A DNA stretch of 64,000 nucleotides, taken from assembly GCA_047495785.1 (NCBI GenBank), contig JBLDXI010000021.1:1054001-1118000 (forward strand), in the 5' to 3' direction. The notes under the pieces were generated by a model. That model was not told the DNA's origin. It saw only the letters and a list, made by a program, of their open reading frames with translations, and searched no databases. A program made the position numbers and the translations under genes. The DNA is from Lepidodermella squamata (lineage: Eukaryota; Animalia; Gastrotricha). Position 1 is the first letter of the stretch; every line of letters starts with the position of its first letter. Positions 39,938 through 50,396 of this stretch are shown one piece after another.

Positions 39938-40227
39938 AAGCTGAGTCATGACATTTCAAGTCAGATTGAATCGATGTTCTATGTGTGAAGAAAAAAGATA
40001 ATTAAACCCGCGATCTTGAATAAAACACGACTCAGATAATAGTTTTTTTAGAACATTGCGACTAATTACGCATCATTTTAGGCCCTAAATCCTTTCAATT
40101 ATCCGCCGTGCGCGATTGCGGTACAAACACAGCGCCAAGTTATATTAAAACCTTGAATCGATTAAAACATTCACCCTACAGCACAACCTTCCCCTTTTTT
40201 GCTTGCATCAGCAATTTTCCGCTAAAA

Positions 40228-41729
40228 ATGAAGCTTGAAGTGAGGTTTCTATTTCTTCTGGTAATATCGGGACAGGTCAAAGCTGAGAATACGACATCTT
40301 CGGAAATTTCGTCAAATTTTACGCGAAAATCGGAGATTCCTGAAGTGGCATCGGCTAAATTATCTGTCGAGCCTGTCGGTCAGAGCAATTTTTCGGTAAT
40401 TCAGTTGAATGAAACCCTAGTCAAAAGCCGAGTAGTCGCTAGAACGGCCCAACAATCGAGCAATACTTCAGTCGCCGCCATTCGAGTTAAAGCAGCTGAG
40501 CCATCTGCCGATATGTTAGTTGCTGTTACAACCCAGCAGCCGGTTTCGACCAGTCCGGGGACGACAGTGTCTGCAGCTACGACAACCGCCCCTCCAGCCA
40601 CGACTACAACGCCGAAAATGCAAAATTTGCTAGCCTTACAGTGGTCGTATGCTGAAATGGACAACTGGGGTAGGCTGAGTCCGATTTGCTCGAACGGGCC
40701 GAAACAATCGCCGATTCATCTCGGCCTCGAATACGCGGTCGCCTCGAAAGATTTTTCAATGGATCCGATCGTTTTCAAAAATTACGACGTCAAAGGGTTA
40801 AGTGGGAACTTTACCAACAACGAGCACACAGGTGAGATTTGGCCTTGAAAAAAATTCAATAATTTTTTTGAATTTTTATATAGCAACCTGGACCCTTGAC
40901 CCTAACCAGCAGACTAGCAAAGCTGTCCCAACAATGAGTGGCAGTGGTTACGGGCCTTCGATCTACGTCCTAGACCAGATCACCTTCCATTGGGGTTCAG
41001 ATCGTATCGATGGGTCCTGTAAAGGTTCGGACCATGCCGTCGATTATTCCCCAGCGCCGATGGAAGTTCATTTCATCCACCGGAATACTCGTTACGCAAG
41101 CTATGCCGATTCTGTGTTCAAATACGATGGCCTGGCAATTGTTGGTAGGTCACCCTAAAAAAAATTTCACGGCCCAAATTAATTTTTCTCCAGCCTTTTT
41201 GTTCCAGGCTGTGGAGGATATGCCGATGGGTAACCAATCGACGCTGTTTTACCAGCAATTTTCGAATCGTTTGGAGGAAATTCGCTACCCTAATGCTTCG
41301 ATCTCTTTATCCATTGATATGCAACAACTTTTCCCACCTTTCGCTCTAAATTCGCGAAGTGTATTTTTCCGCTACGACGGATCTTTAACTACCCCACCTT
41401 GTGTGGAATCTGTCTCGTGGACAGTTTTCCAGGAACGGATCCCGATTCAGGCCAGTGTTTTATCAGCTTTTCGCCGTAGTCTATGGATTAAACCACCACC
41501 GGGCGTTCAAAAGCCTTACATTGTCATGGAGAATAATTACCGACCTATACAACCTGCGGGTGACCGATTGATCTGGACAAATGGTAAATTTTGGAAGAAT
41601 ATAAGATTTTTTCTGAATTTTCTTTTTTCAGGCAGAGGATTGGCGACATTATCAGCAGGTAGTGTGAAGGCGTCTTGGATTGCGTTAGCTTCAACGCTAC
41701 TGCTGGCTTCAGTAGTCAGCTCAAATTGA
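40228..41729 (+). CDS. CA16: alpha-CA-related protein with mucin-like N-terminus and GPI-like tail
   Basis: Signal, ~110-aa Ser/Thr-rich region, LDQITFHWG (His94>Thr), GSDH, EVHFIH, GSLTTPPC, NNYRPIQ. Confidence 0.9.
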
Positions 41730-42169
41730 TTTCGAAGCGCAAATTCTCAGCTGTTTATAAATTATTTCTCGAAACATTTGCTGTTTTATTTTATTTGTAA
41801 ATTTCATGCATATTGTTCTACTCTTAATAATATAGCAACTATTTAAAAATTTGTTCTTTATGTGTTTTCGAAAATAAATATATTTTTTGACTGTAATACT
41901 TTGAATTTTTTACTTTTCACGTCTCGTCATCCCAGAAATAGCGGAAATTAATTGCGAGCCTATTGAGATTGAAACCTACTTGAGCTCGCAAAAAATGGCG
42001 CGATAAAGGAAGTTGCGGATCTATGCGCTATTATTCTCACGTAAAAAAACGTGATCGAAGAATTGAAAGGGCTCAATAAAGCGTGAATTTTCTAGGGTAA
42101 AAGCGTAAATTTCTCTTGGAAAAAAACAATTTTCATAATAGCAAATATTTTAGTACACCTGGAATAATA

Positions 42170-43543
42170 ATGCAGCTGCGAAATTTCGTTACAGTAGCCC
42201 TAATAGCCATGTCTTGGCGGGTCGAAGCTCAAGTAGCTCCAGTAGCTACCGCGAAACCTTCTACGTATGACTGGTCTTATGACAGTAAGGACGATTTCAA
42301 TACTTCGAAATTGAAAAAATTTCAAATTTTAGATGCTGATAAATGGCCGGATACGTGCGCGAATGGGGTAAGGAATTGAGTTGCATCAAATTTGAAAATA
42401 AATACTTTATTCCACCATAGGATCGGCAAAGCCCAATAGCTCTGAGTATGGATGATGCTATCACCGCTGATAAATTGAAGAAGGACAAGATTGTTACCAC
42501 AAATTACGACAAACTATTCAACGGTCAGCTGAAAAATACCGGCCAGATGGGTTAGTCCTAATTTGCTTCAAGGAATGATGAGTCGATTTTTTGCGTGACC
42601 TAGTTTCATGGGACATTGACCCTCAGCCTAGCGGGATCGCTCCGTCGATAAGTGGCGGCGGCCTTGGTTCAACGTACATTTTGCAATCTTTCCATTTTCA
42701 CTGGGGATCCGAATTCATCGGCCGGAGTTGTACCGGGGCAGAGCATGTTGTTGAGTACACGTCTTCGCCACTTGAACTTCACGTCATCCACTACAACAGC
42801 AAGTACAGCTCTATGCAGGAGGCGGCTACGAAGTCTGACGGACTGGCGGTGATTGGTAAGATATTATTGAACTGAAGTTCGAAGGAAGAATTTAATCCCG
42901 ATTTTTCCAGGAATTTTATTCAGAGCAGCACCTAACGATATTAATTACCTACGGTACGACCTGACCAATGTGATATCGCGCCTTCCAAACATCCTTTTGC
43001 CTTCAAATTCAAGTAAAAAATTTTCATCTTAGAGGGCGAACTGAAAATCGGAAATTTTGATTATTTTTAAGCTACGATAACGGTGAATTTTACAAAAATT
43101 GTCCCGGACTTGTCAGCGGCAAATTATTTCCGATACGACGGCTCACTAACAACACCGCCATGTAGTGAGGTAAAAATATTTTAAATTCAATAAATAATTT
43201 TATTTGAATTTTAATACTAGGTTGTTACATGGACGGTATTGGCCGATCCTATTGACATTCCGATTGCTCATCTGCAAAGCCTGCGGACGATAACTAGGAA
43301 GGCACCCAATTTGCTGCTTGAAAACACTTATCGAAAGCTACAGCCCAGGAATGGACGCACGATTTGGACAAATAGCGGTAATTAATTTGAATCCACTTGA
43401 CTGCATTTTAATTGAAATTTCAATCATTTCCAGATGACGGCCAAGATCCACCGGCGCCAGTGGCTACCAAGAACGATGCCGGTCATGTTGGACTAAGCAG
43501 TTTCAAAGTTATTTCACTCGTTCTTATTCTTGCCCTTTGTTGA
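42170..43543 (+). CDS. CA17: alpha-carbonic anhydrase, GPI-like tail, Zn triad intact
   Basis: LQSFHFHWG, GAEH, ELHVIH, GSLTTPPCSE; eight short exons join in frame; tail FKVISLVLILALC. Confidence 0.88.
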
Positions 43544-44197
43544 CTTGATAGAGACTTGATTGAGACTTGACAGAGAAAATCTTGACCTTTTGCTTGAAAA
43601 AATTGAATGGATAGCAAATTGAATAGATTAACGATTAACTACATATGAAATGTATGAAATTGAGAATGAGGAAAGCTGTGGGATTTTGGAAGCGGGGAAG
43701 TTGCTTTCGGTAGCCGATTTGAGCGAAAAGCGGCTTAATATTCGAATTTTCGTGTAATAAAAATGTATTTTTACCCGAATGAGGAAACTATTTGAGTGAA
43801 AAAATGTTAGCAAATTATGGAAAATTTGCAAAATTTGCGCGACCTTTATTCTTTTTATAAGCGCTTGCTTTAACATTTTTGCATGCTAGCGATTCAAATT
43901 TTAGCTATTTCGATTTCAAGATTGCTTTGCTTTCTTTTTCAAGTGTTCCATTTTGTAAAGTTGGTCACGATCGTCATAGGCATTTTACTCGGACAAATCT
44001 TGGGAATGGCATAAAAGTCAAGGTCAAAACATTGCCAATCAAGCCTATAGAGTCATTCAAAGAACGGTAAAACATGGGTTTGTAGCCAACGTTACGAAAT
44101 TAAAGCACAACAATTAAAAAACGAATAACAATAAGTCACAGGAAACATGAAAAGATAGGACTTGTCCGGGTTTGTAAATAACGCAACACTTCAAAAT

Positions 44198-47100
44198 TTA
44201 GATAGCAGCCTTCAGCGAAATAGAAGCCATCTTCAAACGCGGTTTTCGATCGTTCTGATCGTTGAGTTGGGGCGCTGCGCTCTTCGCAGCCTTCGAGAGT
44301 TGGATTTCTGTTTCCCGCTGCTTGAGTCGTTCAATGACGACATCACGAGACGAACACTCTTGCTCAGCCACCTCCCTCGCTGTTTTACCGGCGTCGATTT
44401 TCAGGCTAACATCAGCGCGGTAACGTGGTTGAAGCAATAGCTCAACCAAATCGCTGTTACAGTCCAATGCTGCCGTGTGTAGGGCAGTGAAGCCGCCTGT
44501 TGCCTGACGAGCGTTGATTAGAGCGCCTTTTTCCAGCAACAATTTCACCACTTCGTACTGGGATCGCTCAGCAGCCATCAATAGAGGGGTAACTCCCAAG
44601 TTCAGGTCTGGTGTATTAACATCGGCGTGACCTTTTTCGATTAGCAGTCGTATCATTTCAATCGATTTTTTGAACCCAATTGCGATATGTAATGCGGTGC
44701 CTTTAATTCCCACCTCCGGGTAATCACGGTCGTCTCGCCAGTCAATGTCCAATTTGCCGGAATTGAGCAATTTTTCAGTCTTGAGCTGCTCGCCATCAAT
44801 CACCGCTTGGATTAGAGCCCGCCTTTTTGTTTCAATAGCCTGTGTGAGAATTTCGAAAATTTATTAATTATCCTGTAATATACAGCGTGTCCCATAGGTG
44901 ACGCAAACTAAGAAAATACACGGGAAAGGGATCAGAAACCCTAAAATGAGAGGGGGAGTCCTAACGCATGCAAGAAAAATCGTAGAAGAATCTAAAATGC
45001 CATAATTATGGTAATCAAGAATGTCTCTTTTGAATGGGATTAAAAAATCTGAAGAAATTTGATCCAGGTAAAAACCAGGTAAAAACCGAAATTACCGAAC
45101 CAGTTACCATCGGGATTTTCAGGGTTCTCTCCGGTAAATTTTTAATTTTTTTGGTAAAATCTTGGGAAAATGATGGAAGAATCAGTAGACTTGATTTTAA
45201 AAAATAGTTTTAAAAAATTTATAAAATTAAAAATGGTTGCGCAACTTTTGGGACACTCTGTAAGTCATTCCACAACAAATATTTTATCTTGTAATGGAAA
45301 CTTAATGACAATCTTTAATCTTCACTATCTTGGTTAAGAAATCGAGAATTTCGGAAAAATTCAAGTAAAATTAAAAACTGAAAATATCTTACCTCGCAAT
45401 TAGCTAATTTTGGTTTCCACTGTGAGTCATCACCGCACACCGAGATCGCCGAAGTTCCTGGATCCTCAATGAAAAAGTCATATCCATCATTACACGACAC
45501 TTGAACAATATCGCCAGTAGGAACAGCTGAGTTCGGCTGCAATTTATTACCGGAATCCACATAAATTACAGCGCCGTTATCTATATTAGGGACCAAGCAG
45601 GGCTGGGAGTATATAGCACTTCTTTCGTCCTCTGAAACAATTTTTTTAATATTTTAGGTTAAATTTAAAAAAAAAATAAGCAACTTGCCTTCTTTGTAAA
45701 CGCACTCGCCCAGAATAGACCAGGTGCCATTAGGAAGGCAAAGTACAGCATTTATGCCTTCAACTGAGCCTATCATGCAAGTAAAACTAACAACCGTATA
45801 GGCGGGAGCAGCGGGATCCGAAATTGTCGCACCCAGTTCGCCGTTAGCAGGAGTTGGCAAATCGGTAAATAGGCAACCTAATACGCAATAAGTCATGGAG
45901 GATCCAACAGAAATCAATAGAGCTAATACTTTGTTTAGGAGGTTCGAGAATATCCTGTGAGCAGATGCCTCCAATCACCCACTCGCCTTCAGTTGATAAA
46001 TCGATCCCACTAGACCCAACCAAGGTGAATCCATCGTTACACTTGATTTCTCCACTCGCACATGGGTCATCGATTGGGTACTCAATCGCCCCATTTAGGA
46101 CCAATTTCGGTCTTGGAGATGGCACTGAAAATTAAAATCATTTATTAAAATTAATTGAAATTAAGCTTAAAATTGATTATTAAAATTACCCGTGGAATTA
46201 GGGCAAACTACGTCGTAGTTAGAGGCAGCTCTGCAACTGCTCGATTTACCCAATACCTCTTTTACGGCTTCAAGACCAGCCCCATGAGCATATTCCAGTG
46301 GCGTCCGGCCGTTAGCATCATTTTCACTGCAGTTTGCATTGAACTTTCCGATGAGTAGATCAAGCAACCTCGCGCAACCGTTCTCGATCGCAAGCCACAG
46401 AGGGGTTTTTTCGTGAATTTTCCGCGATAATATCTCAGCAACTTGCTGCGGCTTCAAAGCAGACAAAACCGCGTCGACAATTTCAAAATTCGTATCAGAG
46501 CATCGGCCCGCTGGATAATAGTCATCCGAAGGCTGAGCAGCAGACCTCGCCATACTAGATTGGCCATTGTCATCGAAATTGATCGCAAAAGCGACAGGCA
46601 GCTCGCCGTTTTCATTTTCAAGAAGCGACTGGGCCGATTCGATGCGCAGAATTTTCTTCACCATAGCAACGTTTTGCTGCCGGATAGCCTCGTGTAGCGC
46701 CGTGTTCTTGTTGATACAGTTCTTGGTTGTAGCTAGTTCTGGATTCTTTTTTAGCAACATAGACACTGTCGAGTCCGCGCCCTTTGAAATAGCTAGTAAT
46801 AACGGCGTATTACCGCTTTTGTCGCACAAGTCAAGGCCGTCTAACGACCGCTCGGTGGCATTGAAGTATTCAGGGTAGTCGGAATTAACGGCTAGATGAG
46901 CGGCTGTTTCTCCCAGGCTATTACGGGCAGTGACTTCAGCTCTTGCCTTATCGATCAAAAATGTGATGTATTCCAGCGATTTTCTCTCCTGAACAGCTGC
47001 CATTAACGGGGTCATTTGGACAGGGCCGGGGTATGTCCCGATTTGTTGAGAGGCTAAATTGACGTTGTTTGGGATATAGCTGAGCAGACGGCGGAAAGCA

Positions 47101-49389
47101 GCTTCCGAATCGGCAAGATGTAGCGCGGAGTAGCCTCTCTTGTCCAATGCCGTCTTACTAACCTGGAAGAACATTACAAAATAAATTCATTTTTGTTTGC
47201 GATTTAGCTTGCAAATTAGCATGAGGTCATGGCATTCAGCGAATTTGCATACTGCGTGTCAATAAAGAAACAGAGCTCAGAAAAACTAAGATTGTAAATG
47301 AGAATGGGAAGTAGAAAAATTTTCGAAAATGTTAATATTCTTATTTTTTGAAATTGCGAAAATTCTTTAAAATTAAATGAATTTTTCTGAAAATTTGAAT
47401 TCCGATTTTTTAAAATGCCAAATGTGAAGCTCTTTGCAGCTCTTGACAATAGGGATTGCAGAACAGCTTCAAAGAGCTTCAAATTAAGCATTTTCCAAAA
47501 TCAGAATTCAAATTCATTCAATATTAAAGAATTTTAAAATTTTAAAAATGAGAATAGGTATTAACATTTTTTTCGGAAAATTTCGACAATTTTTTTTAAA
47601 TAAATAATTCATCTAGAAGAGTTTCGTGGTAACAATGCAATTTCTTCGCAGATTTTTCAAAAAAAAATTTAAATTATTCAAATCATGCATCATACCATAA
47701 ATCTTCGGCTCAAGAGCAGTTCGGCGAATTTCATGGCGTTATTGGCAACTGCGGTCAGCAACGGCGTTCGATCTTCATTGTCCCTAGCATCGATAATCCC
47801 AGCGTACGAGTAGCCTCGCAACGTATCAACCAAGTCAGCATCAACGTCCCATTTCGCGCCGATTTTGTCGTACTCCGAGTCCGAAAGCATAGCCATGGCA
47901 TGAATAGCATTGCCGCCGTTCGAATCTTTCAACACTTCCAGTTTTGCGCCGTTGTTGAGAAATAACAGAACAATATCCTTCTTGCGTAGATAAGCAGCTA
48001 GATGCAAAGGACTCGCTTTTTCCCGTCTCGTATGATCCGAACTCGTCACATCATTTACGATTCGATACCGACAGAAAATTTTGTTCAGTTCGATCGGATC
48101 CTTTAATTTCGGCATTTTTTCGAGAACTACTTCAACGAACTTTTTGTAGCCTTTTCGAACTGCGTAGCACAGCGGCGTGTCGCCAGTAGCATCTTCCTCA
48201 GTGACACGGAAGGCAGAAAAAATGTTCCTTTCCTTGAGAAAATCAAACTTGTTGAATAGGGCCAAGATATGAGACGTGCTTAGACAAGGCCTTGCGGATC
48301 TTCTTGATATAATTTCAATCGTTTTTCCCGAAGCCAGTTGAGCAGCTCGAATTCTAAAACCGAAATATTAATATTTGAAAAAATAAAAATAAGAGGATTT
48401 CGATAGGAAATAAAGGAATACCCTATGGCTAGAGTAATCCTATTCCTACATGCGCACTATCTGGAGCCACTTTTGGGGTGTTAAAGGGTCATGCCTCTGT
48501 GAAAATATAGCGTAAAAATATTGAAATGAAAAGTCCGCTTTAAAAAATTAATTCAGCCATAGAGAAATTCAATTTCCCAAAGGGAACAAAATTTTACCAT
48601 GCGCATGTAAAAATTTCCTTAATTCCTTTATTTCCAGTACTAATATAGGATAGGGGATATAGATTATAGATCCTCAATTTTTCCTCAATTAATTGCATCT
48701 TTTGTTCAAATCCTTCGACTTTTTGCTAGACGTAAATATGTTAGATTAGCTTACTGTTCTAGAAATTTGGAGACGTTGTGGGCTGCGGCGAGGCTTTCCA
48801 CCGTCACGCCATTGTCATCAGATCGAAAAGGATCCGCCTGGTTTTTCAGTAAAATGCCCAATACATCATCCGCACCCATAAACGTGGATTGAACGGCGTA
48901 AAACAGCGGCGTTTGGCCTTCATGCTGAGCCGCGTCTACGAAGTCCGCCATCGAAAGGCCCTGCTCGGCTGCCATTGCGATCAAACGAGTCGCGACTTCC
49001 TTACTGGCGTAGTAAGCGGCTAGATGCAGCGGTGTTTCGTCGCGAAAATTTCGGTCCGTCAAATTAGCGCCCAAACTGATGGACAAATTCAACACGCCAA
49101 CGCTATTGCGAATGGCTGCGGCATGTATGATGCTGTTGCCACTGGAATTACGAATTTCGGCCAAAAGATTAAGATTGCCATTGAAAACTGAGCGCGCGAT
49201 TTCTTGCATCTTGCTGAGCATATTGTAATCCAGAGCTCTTTGCAGGGGACCTTTCAATTTCGCGAAGAGTTCATCAGGTACTTGCGTTCCATTTTTGAAG
49301 AACCAGCTTTCCTTAGGCGTTATTTTATCGCCATTTTCCGCCGAGCTGGTAATAGCAAATATTAGCAGCAAATGCCAACGCAAGCTCAT
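44198..49389 (-). CDS. Secreted ankyrin-repeat / Sushi (CCP) domain protein, ~1176 aa
   Basis: Exons 49389-48755, 48353-47696, 47162-46190, 46124-45930, 45877-45689, 45631-45393, 44839-44198 total 3531 nt with consistent phases. Signal peptide MSLRWHLLLIFAITSSA; many (G)xTPLHxA ankyrin motifs; three C..C.xG[YF]..G.W..C modules. Confidence 0.8.
44883..45260. mobile_element. Mariner/Tc1-like MITE in the last intron of the ankyrin gene
   Basis: TA-CAGCGTGTCCCATAGGTGACGCAA...TTGCGCAACTTTTGGGACACTCTG-TA. Confidence 0.7.
48406..48635. mobile_element. Degenerate MITE in ankyrin gene intron 1
   Basis: 14-bp inverted termini ggaaataaaggaat/attcctttatttcc and inner tacatgcgca/tgcgcatgta; resembles the 26341 element. 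Confidence 0.4.
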
Positions 49390-50396
49390 GAAAACAAATC
49401 TAAAACATACGAAATATAAAAAAACAGATAGACCGCCATATAGCAGACCGCAAAGAAAGGTGGTACAAAAATGTTACTCATCCAAATTTAATCACCTTCA
49501 TTGACCTTGAATTTTTAGGCCCCCGAAATTTCGACGATTTTATGACCGAAATGTGAAATGTGTGGTGATTGAGATTATTTTTGGGCTGAATTCTGAAAAT
49601 TAATGAATTGAACTGAATGCTTTTCCCGCTGTGACATTTACTAATTAGTTTGACCTTCATCCCACAAACGAGCACGACGAACGCGTGGATCCAATCTGTT
49701 GTCATCAGAGCTGTTACCTTGCGAGAAATTATGTCTTGTACCATTCGTGTACGGCTTAATATTAAGTTAATAACGCCCTCGCAAATAATTTGCTACGTTC
49801 CAGATCGGATCCTGATCTGGAATTTCTCGAACTAGGTCACGTGCTGTCATTTTTAGTATTATTGCGAGCAGAGCTTCGGAAACTGGAGATTAGGAATCAT
49901 AAATCATCAAGCTTGGCTCCCAGTATCAAAATGTACTCAATTCAAGGTACTTTTCAAAATTTGCTTCAATTTCAGAGATGATTGCAACCATTGAACACAT
50001 GCGGCTTCAAAAAATCACTATAGATTTTCTATTTCACCCTGCCCCGTATCGAATTGTGTTATAAATCGGCTGGGAAGTGGCCTGCCGTGCTGAAAACTCA
50101 ACGCGATGATATGGACGACTATGTGGCTGCCTTCGAGGCATGTGGCTTGTCGTTCAACAAGGCTATCTATAACATAGTTATATTCCTTGGTTCGGATAAA
50201 AATTGGCACTAATTATGTTTCTATAAAAGCGACCCATTCACAATTCTTTGAATACTGTTAAAACAAATAACAAATCCAGTCATCAATTTCGCACCAAACA
50301 GTTTCGGATGCGTCAGTTAATTATCTAGCTCGCGTGGATCCAAATGGGGATCAATTGCCAACATCAAATAAATAATTCAAAAAAATATTCAACAAG

